Assembly: GCF_006345805.1 (NCBI RefSeq)
Contig: NC_042998.1
Location: 101,556,001 to 101,620,000 of the forward strand
Direction of reading: 5' to 3'
Origin: Octopus sinensis
Taxonomy: Eukaryota
DNA length: 64,000 nucleotides
The notes below the pieces were generated by a model that did not search any database, was not told the origin of the DNA, and worked only from the letters and a program-made list of their open reading frames with translations. The translations under genes and the position numbers were made by a program. This document shows, piece by piece, positions 22,557 to 36,900 of the stretch. Each line of letters begins with the position of its first letter. The first letter of the stretch is position 1.

Positions 22557-22583
22557 ATATATGTACATATATGTACACCCCTT

Positions 22584-22616
<33 letters not shown>

Positions 22617-23283
22617 TGTATGTACGCATGTATATAAGTGTGTGTATGTGTATAAATGTGTCAGAGTGTGTACATTGTATATATGTGTGTGTGAGATAGA
22701 GAGATAGAATCAACCAAGTAGTACTCCAACCAGTGGGAGATAAATACCAATTTAGTACACGGCCGAAAGAGCTACATACATATATTGTTAGATTGAAACA
22801 TATATACATTCACATGTATTCATATATATGTTAGTTGAATATTTCTATGACAGTTGATAATACTATTTCGCACGTAATATTTGACACGTGGAACACGACG
22901 ACTTGTAACCTCGTGATTGTGTCTCTTGTATTCAAACGAGTAAAAAGAAAATCGAATAAAATTTGAGTACACAAATCGAAATTTTGTAACCAAAAATATT
23001 AACAATTGGGTTTAAAATGAAAATGTTTCGATACTTAAAATTCATGCCGAGGGTTATTACAAAATGAAATATATGCATAAAATCATGAAAAATATATTTT
23101 AATAAAAGCAAAGACAGAATAATAATTCAATAGTGCCTATTTTGGGAACTCCGAACATAAATTCGGGCGTGAATCATAAGAACTACTATTAATGCCTAAC
23201 ATACTTAAACGTAAATAAAGTTGAACTTTTGTGTTTGTATTCCATAGAGTCAGTGTGCTGCATTAATATTATATATTGCTAGA

Positions 23284-23452
23284 AGGCAGTTAACTGACTG
23301 AATCGTGTGCATGCCGGACGAAATACTTCGCTGCATTCCATTTATCTTTACGTTCTGAGTTCAAATTCCTCTGACATTTTTTCGGGGTAGATAAAATAAT
23401 TACCAGCTGAGCATTGAGGTCGATTTTTGGCCTTGTGCTAAAATATGAAACC
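23284..23452 (+). mobile_element. Degenerate SINE family A
   Basis: TTTACGTTCTGAGTTCAAATTCC, TTCGGGGTAGATAAAATAATTACCAG. Confidence 0.65.
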
Positions 23453-24145
23453 AATATTACCTGCTAATAGTGAAAAATAAAATCATGCATACCGATATTT
23501 GATTAAGAACTTACTATTTCATTAAGATATACTTAAATAGCAGGGCTTTGTAAAACCTATATCAAACTTGCTATGATAAACAAATACCTAAGTTATCACT
23601 TAAGCACCTATAGTAGGAAAGACTGAAAGTTTCTCCACATTAATTTGCCTAAGTGATGGCCTTACAATGTTGATAATAGATATACATATTCTAAAATCGA
23701 CAAAGTAAAGCCAATAAACTTATACAAGGTGCTACATAAATAGTCCCTAACATATTTTAGATAAATGGAAGATCAGGTAATTCAACTTGGCCGTTTATTT
23801 CAGTATTTATTTTCTTCAATAGCCATCAATTTATAGTTTAATCTTGCTTACATATTTTTGATTTTTGTCGGTCACAATCGATTATGCCATCGTCGATGAT
23901 TTATTGACTCATACATTTTCAATGATTTATTTACTGATCTATTTAGATTGATAAGTTGCTGCACTTTCACTATGTCAAAACTTCTATGGTTCCTTATAAC
24001 GTCTAATTAAATGTCCAAACGAGTATCACCCCTTGAACGCGTATCACCCTTCAAATAAAAATTAAGGAAATGCAGGTCTTATTCCTTTGTTCATTAATCA
24101 GTAGTCACTGCTATATATGTGTGTTTGTGCGTGTCTGTGTGTCTG

Positions 24146-24194
<49 letters not shown>

Positions 24195-24224
24195 TGTGTG
24201 TGTGTATATATATATAAGTATATA

Positions 24225-24287
<63 letters not shown>

Positions 24288-24540
24288 TTACATATATATA
24301 TGTAAGTATGTATATATCTCTGTGTACGTGCGTGCATGGATGTATATATGTCTGTATGTATTTATGTATGTGTGGTATGCATGCAAAACTGAATCATTAA
24401 TCATCAGCAATTCGTTTATCTGATTTTGTCGAGAGAAATAGTTGCGCTTCCGTTATACGTGTAGTCATACCCTTGTGACTTAAACGAAGGTTTAGGCATA
24501 AAACAAATTTAGTTGTCGTTATTATTATCATTAACATCTA

Positions 24541-25140
24541 AGGCGGGAGTTGGGAGTTGGCAGAAACGTTAGCGCGTCGGGCGAAATGCTTAGCGGTATT
24601 TCGTCTGCCGCTACGTTTTGAGTTCAAATTCCGCCGAGGTCGACTTTGCCTTTCATCCTTTCGGGGTCGATAAAGTAAGTACCAGTTACGCATCGGGTCG
24701 ATGTAATCGATTTAATCCATTTGTCTGTCTTTGTTTGTACCCTCTATGTTTAGCCCTTGCGGGCAATAAATAAGAAACGTTAGCACACCTGTCGAAATGC
24801 TTAGCGGTATTTCGTTTGTCTTTATGTTCTGAGTTCAAATTCCGCCGAGGTCGACTTTCGGGGTCGATAAAGTAAGTACCAGTTACGCATCGGGTCGATG
24901 TAATCGATTTAATCCATTTGTCTGTCTTTGTTTGTACCCTCTATGTTTAGCCCTTGCGGGCAATAAATAAGAAACGTTAGCACACCTGTCGAAATGCTTA
25001 GCGGTATTTCGTTTGTCTTTATGTTCTGAGTTCAAATTCCGCCTTTTGGGGTTGATGAAATAAATACCAGTTGAACACTAGAGTCCATGTAATCGACTCA
25101 TCCACACTTTCCACAAGCTGCCCTTGCAGCAAAAATTTGA
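24541..25140 (+). mobile_element. Composite SINE family A with a 197-bp-period internal tandem duplication
   Basis: Head at 24541; near-identical blocks at 24661-24846 and 24858-25043. Confidence 0.85.
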
Positions 25141-25350
25141 AATAAATATTATCATAACAATCTCCATCCCAAAAGTGAGCATCGTTCAGTGATCAAGTAT
25201 GTGTTGAATTACGATTAGGATTCATATCCAATATTGATGTTGTGTACAAATTGCTATTTATCGAAGTTCGATTGAAGAGTTTGCACTTAAGTTCCAAGAT
25301 GTTGAATAAAAATTAAGTTATAATGTTTGTCGAAAATAGTTTGTTTTATA

Positions 25351-25504
25351 CGTGGTCTGATCAATAAATATCCGGACTGTAACCATTGTAAGGTAGCTAA
25401 AGGAGGTTGAGTAAAGCCGCTTGGCACAGATTAACTTTGAACTATACTGTGCATGCGCACTAAGTTTGAACGTCCTAGCTCACTTCCGTTATTTACAGAC
25501 TACG
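25351..25504. mobile_element. Tc1/mariner-type MITE or end remnant flanked by TA
   Basis: TA|CGTGGTCTG ... CAGACTACG|TA: short imperfect terminal inverted repeat and TA target duplication. Confidence 0.5.
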
Positions 25505-25609
25505 TATATATATGACAAGAAAAAATGTAGTCCTACTACTATATTTAAGTTTTTTTTTACGAGTCACATGAAAAAAGTGCAAATATGAAAATAAACAAGT
25601 TTGCGTAAT

Positions 25610-25829
25610 ATTTCAACTATAGGCACAAGGCCTCGAATTTAGTTGGAGAGGATTGCAAACCGGTTACAAAGTACTCCATGCTCGTCTGGTACTCATGTTA
25701 TCGAATCCTGTGAATGGATAAACGGTGCAATCGATCTCGACGAAACTTCAACTTTGAACGTAAACAGCCGGTGGAAATGTCACAAGTATTTTGTCCGGTG
25801 TGCTAAAGATTCTGGCAAGCTCGTCGCCT
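25610..25829 (-). mobile_element. Degenerate SINE family A
   Basis: Ends GCTAAAGATTCTGGCAAGCTCGTCGCCTT (reverse complement of the head). Confidence 0.65.
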
Positions 25830-25835
25830 TATGAC

Positions 25836-25846
25836 AGTCGTCGTCG

Positions 25847-25936
<90 letters not shown>
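25836..25936. repeat. (CGT)n-(CAT)n microsatellite
   Basis: Directly visible. Confidence 0.95.
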
Positions 25937-26238
25937 AGTGTTTTAAATCCGGGTTTTGTTCCCGTTAACCGAGGTGGCCGGATCTACCTCAATGCCATAG
26001 CAACCGAAGTAGGTAGGTGCAGCCCACTCCAACCTTTGGGCTGGCTGGTGCCCATTCTCCTTTCATAGCATGATACTTTTTTGGAGCTGGGTTTTCTACG
26101 GGGAGCATGCCCTTGCTAACTCCCAATCTCAGTTTCTAAACATGAGTAATATATATTACTACAACCATAGACTATGTGATATATATTTCTACCCCACCAC
26201 ATACAGATACACACTCTCACACACACAAACACACACTT

Positions 26239-26269
<31 letters not shown>

Positions 26270-26271
26270 TA

Positions 26272-26424
26272 TATGACGGGCTTCTTTCAGCTTCCGTCTA
26301 CCAAAACCACTCACAAGGCTTTGGTTGGCCCGAGGCTATGGTAGAAGACACTTCCCCAAGGTTCCACGCAGTAGAACTGAACCCGGAACCATGTAGTTGG
26401 GAAGCAAGCTACTTACCACACAGC
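26272..26424 (-). mobile_element. SINE family B, 5' (tRNA-like) half
   Basis: GACGGGCTTCTTTCAG..GAGGCTATGGTAGAAGACACTT..GAACCCGGAACCATG..CTTACCACACAGC. Confidence 0.8.
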
Positions 26425-27086
26425 GAAGTGATGTTAACAATTTATCAGGTGGAGCCTTTTCTTGTGTTAAAGCGAGAAAACCTCCACTTAGACAAGTAAA
26501 TAAAAGAAGCAGTAAAAACGCATGGAGAATAAAACTGACTGTGTACCATTTAATAATAATTTTTGAACCTTCAAAATCAATATTTGCAAAGATATTGTAC
26601 AAAGCGTTAGAAGGGCTTCTCACTGGCCTAAATTAATATAAGGAAGATCTAAAAGGGATACTTCTAAAAAAACTAATGTAATAACAGATTGAATTTTTTG
26701 AAAACAATCAAATACACCTTATCCATCAAATACGTCTTTACTGTAAGGGTTGATTTGAAGCGAAAGGATGAAAATACGAAACCCAAAATCGAGGAGTAAG
26801 TTGTATTTTAAAAAATACCTTTCGTTATTTGAGCTGCGTTTTTCTCGCTTTAGTATATAAAAAATTATCCTGGAGAAAGGCATATTAAAGAGCCTACGCA
26901 GATGTTTCATTGATGAAAATTCTTTATCAAAATGTCTAGCATAATTTTTTACTTTTATTAAAATAACATCACGCTCATAAATATACCCATACATAATTGT
27001 GTGTATATTTATAAATATTTGTGAGCACATATACGCATTCTTATGTACCTATCCCTTTTTATTTCTGTCTCTCCATCTACTTCCTT

Positions 27087-27140
<54 letters not shown>

Positions 27141-27414
27141 GTGTGTGTGTGTGTGTGTGTGTGTGAGTGTTTGTGTGTGTATGTATGTACATATGTATGT
27201 CTATCTATATATTTATCTATCCGTATATGTTGCTTCAAAGTAACAACAAAATATAGTTTGAAGTAAAATAAAATAAAAATAAATAAAGAAAACATACTAA
27301 CAGTTTCAATAAGAGACTCCAAAGATACGTAAGATACATTTTCATCGAGAGATAACATATAAATTTAGAATATATATATATTCCTATACCAATACATTCA
27401 TACACACACACATA

Positions 27415-27482
<68 letters not shown>

Positions 27483-30400
27483 TAGGCAAGAATGGAACTT
27501 AACGCAGACAGACAGTATTTTCATACCAAGGCGTTGAGAACTGATAACAATGCAAGATAAGGGCGAGTTTGGCAAAAATAAATGCAGAAACGACCTAATT
27601 TTCCTTACCACCGTATCATAACGGAGCTTTCTAAAGTATAAATATTGTGAAAGGAACAACTTCATAATCAATATTCACTTGATGTCTGTTTTTATCTTTC
27701 AAATTTGGTGATACAGTTTTATTTAAAATAAAAATGAAATGCGTTCGCGAGTAATTCTACAAGAAAAAAGTACTTGAACATTGCAGGAAAATATCTGAAG
27801 TCTTCAGTCAATAGAAGCAATTGAAAATTCAAAGAAAAATTGACGGTTAAGTCAACCTCGGTAGTTTACCAATAATGATCACAAAAGGGCAAAATAAGGA
27901 GTAAGAATCAGGAAAAAAATCTCCATGGAAAAGCCAAGGGTAGATTTTCATTATTATATGGGTAATTTAACCAAAGAATGCATAGAAAATTCACAGAAGC
28001 AGTTGAACCGTGACATTTGTGATGAATAATGATTTCCGACGTAACTACATGGCTACACATTTGAGAATGAATTTTATAGCTTATGCAGTCGACTTCAGTA
28101 TACTTCAATGCTTGTTTACCAAAAATCAAAGGGTAAATAGAAAATTTATTTCAGGGTTGATTTGAAATGAAAGTATGGAAATACGAGACCAAAAGCCAAA
28201 AAGTACGTTGTATCAGAAAACTACCTTTCGTTATTTGAGCTGCGTTTTTCTCGCTTTACAATATATAGAATTATCATCGAGAAAGGCAACACAAACCCTT
28301 CGTAGTCACGTGAGATTTTTGGAATTGTAATGAAATGTTATTTAAATCATATCCCACCGATTTAAAATGGGTTGACAAATCTGATAATATGGTCCTAGAA
28401 AGTCAGAATGGTTACAGCTGGAAAGTCTTTTGAGAGCTTTTCTCTATAAGGATTTACCTGAAGTTGAAAAATAACAACGTTAATAATGACAAGAACACGT
28501 AAGAGTAATAATCGTTCTACAAATGTGTGAAATTCACAGCTTTGCAATCATATTAAATTACATCAGTGATATGTATGTACACATTTATAAAAACATGAAC
28601 AATTTTACCATTTGCAGAAGATCATACATTGTTGCTTTTGAAAGACTATCTCACTACATCTCGAGAAAAAACCTCCAAAAAACAAATACCAGAATACCTC
28701 AAAAAATCAAACACTTAAACAATAGACCAAACGTATTGACGTATTGCATATTAGACTGTCGTTGTTTTAATGAGAGAAGGGATGATAAAATACTTGGAGA
28801 CGGTGAATTGCCGATGATGAGATAAGACATGTATACAAACTGGCATGTGTGTATGTGTGTATGCATGCTGACGCGCGTGTGTGTATGCACGTGCATGTAA
28901 TATTTGCGTGTCTTTGTGCGTGTTTGTATATGCGTTTGTGTAAGTATGCATATATGTGTGTATGTGCGTGTGTAAACCAAAGTTAAAAGTTGAAAACTTA
29001 ATTGTTAGAGACAATGTTCCTTTTAAATTTTTTATGTTCTATAAATGCAAAAGATGGTTTGATGTGTTAAATTTTACGATGTGTGAACATGCTATTATGC
29101 TGAAAAAATATTTGCTCACCTGATATTTATAGGAGTATGTTAATCAGAAAATTCTAATAAATTTTCGTTTGTATCTCATGAGATTATAAATTTGCATGCC
29201 GTGTTGTCTTTTTCTCATTTTGCAATATTTTATTTCGAAAGCATACTACAGTGTTAAATTCGTCATCCATTTAAAGTTATGTGCATACAAACCAAATGCA
29301 TTTTTAATATGCCTAATTTTCGTTTGTGGACAAAGAAATTTTGTTCTTGTACTGGCTATATATTAGATGTGTGCGTATTCACAATTTGGAGAGATCATTG
29401 TTTAAAGAATTTATGCACTTCTTTGTTGGATTCTATTGTTGCATGTCGTTATTGCAAAGTGTTTTTGTTGGTATTATCTAGCACCAGCTCCAGCCTGATT
29501 ACTAATTAAACGAATCACTGAGCAAAAGCAACGTGGTCACGGCCATATCATTTTATGCTTATGCATTACGGACTGCTTTGTTTAATGTGTCATACCATTT
29601 CTATACACGGTCAGTTATGATTTTTAGATCAATTAATGTCAATATATTGGTGGCCTAGAATCCTTGTAAACAACCTAAATTTCTATAGTATATTTAGCTC
29701 GTTAACAGGGTGCTGCTTAATTATGATATTCATTTCAAAGAAAATAGCTTAAACTCGAACTAATACAGATGTTCCCTTAAATGAGACTCACCTCGTTAAA
29801 ATGAAAGCATTTACTTTAAAATTATACTATCACGCAATATGATTTCTAAAGAGGAGTGCGTGGAAGTCCAGTGATACGTAATAGACTTTAATAGACTACG
29901 CAATAGACATTAAAACAGCGTCTGCATTAATCGAGGATAGTTTTTGTCCAGGTATCGCCCATATCCTTGTCATTAGCCGCCGCAGAATAACATAGACAAC
30001 ATCATTTTCGAAAACACAAGAGTAAAAAAACAAATTCTAACAAAAAAACCCAATTGTAGTGAACAAAACTATAGTATCTCAACCACTAATGTAGATGCTC
30101 CAGTATTTAGCTTCAACAAACGGATTATAGACATAATCTTTGGAATATACCCCACAAAGGTACATAAATAAATGCAATCGTAATTACAGTCTGGAAACAC
30201 TCATCCGATAACAAACATCAACCAATTTATACAAGAAAATAACGAACAGAAACATAAACTATTAAAACAAACGGTAAAATGCGCTGTGCATTCTAAATAT
30301 GTTCACTATAAGGGAAGCTTTGACTCTATTTCCTGCCACCCATTCATACCCAAAGTACTAAACACCTTATAAAATAATTCACAGCATTGACTACTAAACT

Positions 30401-31445
30401 AGAATCTACTGGCTTGCAAGAGTGCAATAAATACAATTAATAATTATATGTCAGTAGTTGCTATATGATTCCGAACTGCAAAGATGTGTATGGTATATAT
30501 CGGAAGCTTGGATATTTAAATCACACTTAATTGTTCCGTCGTCCACCTACGTGTTATTAAACTGCACAAAGGTAATCTGGTCTAAAGAACAACAAAAACA
30601 CCACTACTACCGCCAACACAACGTTAACTCAACTAGCGAAACAACATATTCTGCGACACAACATTTTCTGCAACGAGTTCTTTCTTACGACAATATTTTA
30701 CAACACATAGAAGTATAAACAGTAAATAGGTCCCCCGTCATTTATAGTGATTAATATTTCAATTATCGCTCATCATTTAATTGCCTACTAATTGAATTGT
30801 TGTGTACAGCGATGGGTATTCCCTAGAAACATACCTATCACTTTAACTTCCAAGAAAATTAGCGAGATTCAAAGTTTAAGAAAGCTGATAATTTGCATTA
30901 AAATTACAAACCATTCTACAGGATGTCAACTAATTTCTTTCACTTTAACTTCACTCAAATGACATGTAACAGTAAGATGTCCTAAAAGACACTTGCCTAA
31001 AACATCTTACCCTGGAATTGAATCCACGACCACACAATCGCGAAGGGAACTTCTTAATCAGTCAGCCTTGCCCACTTCCATGACGAACACACGTGTACAT
31101 ACATACGCACACATATACTCACGGAAATAAATCAGATGCAAGATAATCACCAAAATTAGATTATATCGCAACAAAGTTATGAAAGCTAACGAGAGATAAC
31201 TTAATTCCACCAGAGACATTTTACTTAAATGCATAAATATTTCACTAAATAGATAGGCATTTACGTGAATATGTAAATCAAACAACTTAGGCAAACACAA
31301 CACGAAGAACTATTCTTTACAGCATACCCCGTATAATTGTTCATCCTCAGAACGTGACTGACAGAAACATTAATTGAATGCACCCTTTTATCATAGAACT
31401 GGGATGCATATGTTATACATCTACAAGGCCAGGTGTATATGTTTT

Positions 31446-31485
<40 letters not shown>

Positions 31486-31492
31486 ACACATA

Positions 31493-31715
31493 TTACTCTT
31501 TTACTTGTTTCAGTCATTTGACTATGGCCATGCTGGAGCACCGCCTTTAGTCGAGTAAATCGACCCCGGGACTTATTTTTTGCAAGCCTAGTACCTATTC
31601 TATCGGTCTCTTTTGCCGAACTGCTAAGTTACGGGGACGTAAACGCACCAGCATCAGTTGTCAAGCGATGTTGGGGGGACAAACACAGACACACAAACAT
31701 ATACACACGTATATA

Positions 31716-31747
<32 letters not shown>

Positions 31748-31856
31748 CGACGGGTTTCTTTCAGTTTCTATCTACCAAATCCACTCATAAGGCTTTGGTC
31801 GGCCCGAGGCTATAGTAGAAGGCACTACCCCAAGGTGCCACGCAGTAGGACTGAAC
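31493..31856 (-). mobile_element. SINE family B, near full length
   Basis: Tail TTACTCTTTTAC, body, internal (CA)(TA)n tract; head truncated. Confidence 0.85.
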
Positions 31857-32256
31857 ACACTCACTCACACATGCATTCACACATGCGCACGCACAAACAC
31901 GCATATACATACGCAACACTCCACCCCCACATCATATACGCAAATGCAATTAGTTTGATAATATATGTTTTGTATTTCTGTTTAAGAAAGTCAAACACAG
32001 CGAACAAGATGTAGCATACATGTAGAATCTCAGAATCTGGATGGTGGATGACCGAGTTAGTGGTGTACTATATGAGTAGATGAAGTGTCGGAGGTTTGTA
32101 TCGACTCACATAGTCTGCGATATGTATGTTACTATTACACCGAAATCGTTGGTGTCGAATTAATTTAGTAGTGACTACGATGTATTTACAGGACTGCTCA
32201 AAGAGGGCTAACGTAGGTCTAAAGAACAAATATACTCTATTTCAATATCGGCATAA

Positions 32257-32644
32257 TCTTTTACTCTTTTACTAGTTTCAGTCATTTGACTGTGGCTATG
32301 CTGGAGCACCGCCTTTAGTCGAGCAAATTGACGCCAGGACTTATTCTTTGTAAGCCTAGTACTTATTCTATCAGGCTCTTTTGCCGAACCGCTATGTTAC
32401 GCATCGGTTGTCAAGCGATGTTGGGGGGGGGAGACAAACACAGACACACAAACACACACATATATATACATATACATATATACGACGGGCTTCTTTCAGT
32501 TTCCGTCTACCAAATCCACTCACAATGCTTTGGTCGGCCCGAGGCTATAGTAGAAGACACTTGCCTAAGGTGCCACGCTGTGGGACTGAAACCGGAACGA
32601 TGTGGTTGATAAGCAAGCTACTTACCACACAGCCACTCCTGCGC
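32257..32644 (-). mobile_element. SINE family B, full length (tRNA-derived, CORE-like segment)
   Basis: Minus strand GCGCAGGAGTGGCTGTGTGGTAAG (A box), GGTTTCAGTCCC (B box), CACCTTAGGCAAGTG (CORE-like), internal microsatellite, AAAGAGT-type tail. Confidence 0.88.
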
Positions 32645-32956
32645 TCATGACAACTTAGTTTTTATAAATTCAATAATAAAGGTTAAAAAAAGTAATCACT
32701 ACACATATCAAAGCAGTAGTCCCACACTGAGATTTTCTTATACACGAAAACATAGAAATAAAAATTTGAAAATTTCTGTGTATGCTAGGGGGCACAATAT
32801 CTGATTTTTGTTTTGGACTGAACGCCCATTTATTCAATCGGCATTCAAAGGTCGAGGTTACAAGTTAAAGGTCAGAGCATACGAAAATGTAGATTGCTGC
32901 TGGTTCTGCGATAATGACACACACGCGCATACATATATACCTCCATATATATATAT

Positions 32957-33027
<71 letters not shown>

Positions 33028-33036
33028 GTATGTATA

Positions 33037-33535
33037 CTCATTTATTCCTTTGTTTCACTCATTTGACCTCGGCCATGCTGGAGCGCCCTATTAAAGAGTT
33101 TTAGTCGAACAAATCGACCCCAGGACTTATCTTTGAAACCCAGTAGTATCGGTCTCTTTAGCTGAAACACTGTGTTATGGGAGCGTAAATACACCAACAT
33201 CGGTTGTCAAGCGGTGATGCGGGGAAAAAGCAGACAGAAATACACACATTGATAGATACATACATATATACATATATATATTCTGTACATATATATATGT
33301 ATATATACATACAGTAAATATATCTACACAATATATTTATACACACACACACATACATAAACACACACACAATCACACACATATATGTAGACACAAGACG
33401 GTCTTTTTTCTATTTCCGTCTAGCAAATCCATTCACAAGGTTTCGGTTGGCTCGAGGTTATAGTAAAATACACTTGTTGAAGTTGTCACGCAGTGCGACT
33501 GAACCTGGAACCGTGAGGTTGGGAAGCAAGCCTTT
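33037..33535 (-). mobile_element. SINE family B with an expanded internal microsatellite
   Basis: Same blocks as 32257-32644; the internal tract is expanded (about 33240-33395). Confidence 0.8.
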
Positions 33536-33741
33536 TATGTGTGTGTGTGTGTTTGTGTGTGTGTATGTGTGTATGTGTGTGTATGTATATGTGTGTATGT
33601 GTGTATAAATATATATATATATTCTTTTAATCTTTTATTTGTTTCAGACCTTTGACTGCAGCTGAGCCTTTTAGTTATAGAAATCGACCCCAGGACTTAT
33701 TCATTGTAAGGCTAGTACTTATTCCATCCTTCTGTTTTGTA

Positions 33742-34921
33742 CACTGTACAACAACGATGTTGCTACAGAGAAGAGAACATCATCTTCTGGAACAAAAAAT
33801 GAACTCCATTTTTATGAAATGACTCCAGTGTTTTGTAAAACGAGCCGTTACTACACGGTGTGATTTTGCTAAAGAGTGGGCCGTTTTCTGTGAAAAAAAC
33901 ATTTTTTTTCTTAGAATTAAAGCGAGTTTTCTGTAAAATGGGTTGTTATTAATAGTAAATACATTATCTGCAACTTTTAGTAAAGGAAGAACATCTATGT
34001 TTTAGTACAATATTTATGTATTGCATCAGGTCTATCTCTCTGAAGAAACCAGCAAAAGTCAGCAAGCATGGCGAGACTCTACTTCCCTTTATATCGAGTT
34101 TCCATTTGACTTATGTTTTGGTGGAATCTCCCACCATGCTTGTTGCTGATGTCTACTGCATTCTGGGGAAATAAAGCTAGATGCGAATCCATATAGTGAA
34201 CTTCTAACGACATATTACACCCTAATGATTTATAAGAATGAATCAACTTTTCTACAAGTACTTCATAGTTGGCTGCTCTGTGCTTCCCAAGTAGACCATT
34301 GCATACGTTTCTGAAACTTTGCCATGCATCTAATTTCAATACATTTAAGGTGTTTTCAAAATTATCGTCTGTCAAATGTTGCCAAATGGTGGTCTGTGGT
34401 TTCACGCCAAAACATTGGAATACCAAATTGCATACTTCTTGACTTTCCCAAAGACCATTTTGAAAGATCATTGGTACATGTGCAACAGATATGTGGTGCC
34501 AACTTTTATCTTGGTCTCCTATCTTGGCACTAAAATATAAGTAACGCTGCTTTTTTTTTTTTTACCAACGGCGTAATGTTTCTTGCATTATTCTGGAATG
34601 TCACAGCATCCACCACAGATATAACAAAATTTGTCTGGATGATTTCTAGACTGACCGTTTAGCATTTTAAATGCAGTGTTTATTCAAATTAAAGATCTAA
34701 TTAAATATTTATAGGTATTTTATAGTTTTTTTCTCTGAAAATCTGGAAAAATATTAAATTAAAATCATAAAATACCCTAATATTAAAAAGGAGAAGTACC
34801 ATAAGCTAGAGTCATTCTCTGAGAAACGGTTGCCATTTTCGTGATTTACGCATAAAACTACTATAGAAAATGTTATTCTCATCTCTGTAGTCGAAATTAT
34901 GTTCATTTTTGTTGTACAGTG
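33742..34921 (-). mobile_element. Chapaev-type (CMC superfamily) DNA transposon deletion derivative with TIRs and a transposase C-terminal remnant
   Basis: Perfect 13-bp TIR CACTGTACAACAA (33742) / TTGTTGTACAGTG (34909-34921), plus subterminal CTACAGAGA.GAGAA in inverted orientation; flanks GTA/TTA. ORF 34079-34471(-): AWQSFRNVCNGLLG..NYEVLVEKL..LGCNMSLEVHYMDSHLALFPQN..SNKHGGRFHQNISQMETRYKGK. Subfamily assigned from recalled motif, not searched. Confidence 0.75.
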
Positions 34922-36073
34922 TTATCATAGAGTTGCAGTATATTTTCAGTATTTAGTGAATTGAAAACAAAGGGTGAATAAATATTTGACTACATCATAC
35001 TCAATGAAATTTGAGCTGTCAGATAAAAAAATAAAAGTGAAATATGTTTCAATAAAGTCACAAAACTGAATTGCTGAATAAATTTGATGATAATTTACCG
35101 ATGTGTTAAGGCAGCTATCACCTTATAGAAATTGTAAAAGCAGAGGCGGAAATGAGAACACTAGAAAATCCCAAAACGTCCATGGCAAGAGTGAGGCAAA
35201 GTACTTTCAATTCAATATTATGATATAATAATAGTATTAAAATACTTTTTTACACATTGCGGTTCTATCTACAGATCAGTCATGTAGTTCAATAGAGATA
35301 TGGATAAATGTTAACATGTTTATGTGAGATTGTGTGCGTAAACATATACTGTTTGTACGTTTCAAAATGTCTCCGATGTTATGCGAATTGTAACTAAGCT
35401 GAATATATTATCTTTGTGGCAATTGAATATGGAAAAATCATATAATTTGCTAGATTGTCAATGCGACATTCGGACATTTACATAAAATATCCTTTTCGCT
35501 CGCCACCAATTTCCATCTTTCTCATTCATCTTTTAATTTCTCTCAACGTTTCTCATTTATCCATCTATCCATCCATCCATCCATCCATCCACTCATCCAT
35601 CCATCCATGAATCCAGTCATGCATACCTACCTACCTACCTACCTACCTACATGCCTGCCTGCCAACTTACCTATCTATCTACCTACCTGCATATATACAT
35701 ACGTACATACACGCATACAAAAAACCCTTGTATATAGAAAACTGTTATTACATTTTAGTTAACTGAGAGTTTCATAATTTCTGGCTATAAATCAAATATC
35801 AATCAACGGACACTGAACCGCAACTAATGGAGTCTGTGTTGTTAAGCACACATAGGAAGTTCCATTTACTTTCGTTTGATGCGACTGAAACATTTTGGGT
35901 TAGTTCAATTATAGCAGTTTAGATCACCAAATATACTGAAAGGCAAGTAACCTATAAAAATAATTAAGGGAGTTATGCCCATTATGGAATACTAATATAT
36001 GAATATATGGTGACTTAAATGGATTCAGCTCAACATTAGATTAATATAACATTAACAATGTCGAGTAAAGTAT

Positions 36074-36282
36074 GCAGCGAGCTGGCAGAATCGTTACCGA
36101 TCGGGGAAAATGGTTAGAATTTCGTCCGTTTTTACGTTCTGAGTTCAAATTTCGCCAAATGTCGACTTTGATTTTCCTCATATTGGAGTTGATAAAGTAA
36201 GTACTATTTGAACACTGGAGTTGATGTAATCGACCGAACCCACTCTCCAAAATTGCTGCCCTTGTGTCAAAATTTGAAACTA
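36074..36282 (+). mobile_element. SINE family A
   Basis: GCAGCGAGCTGGCAGAATCGTTA..GTTCTGAGTTCAAATTTCGCC..GATAAAGTAAGTAC. Confidence 0.8.
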
Positions 36283-36900
36283 ATGATGCAGAGTAAAATT
36301 GAGAAGAAACATCTGCATAATAAATTATTCACACACGCGCGACCGCACACACACACATCCCATCAATGTACTTACAAACATATACTGAAGCACTTGTGTC
36401 CATCTGCTTAACCCAAATTTACTCTTGTAAATCCTCAGAATTGGTATTCAAATATAGGTCTTTTTGTTGTATGACCAGTCTTTCCGTTACTGTGTATAAA
36501 TCACTTCTATTGTTATCATTTTTAGAAGGTTCTGACCCTTTTGCTTGATATAATGTGAAACAGTCTTTCTAAGATCAGACATAAGTAGATAGTTTCATAT
36601 CACTCTACTTTTCAGTGTCTATGAATGGAAAATTATGACGAAAATATATCATTCACCGTTGGGCTTACTTTTGGTCATGTCACTATAACATTTAGGGTGT
36701 AACTAAATCATAAAATTGTTGAACTAACTTTTGTTTCATACATGTTGATTTCTAGATTACTTATGGCATCACTACATGGCAGCCATCCTCAATGGATATG
36801 GTTTGTAAACTAAAATCAATGTTTTGTGGGACAAACATAGACAAGCGTTCAAATTACTCCTTCTTTTAAACTCAAATAAGTTTGGTGCTATTATAATAGT

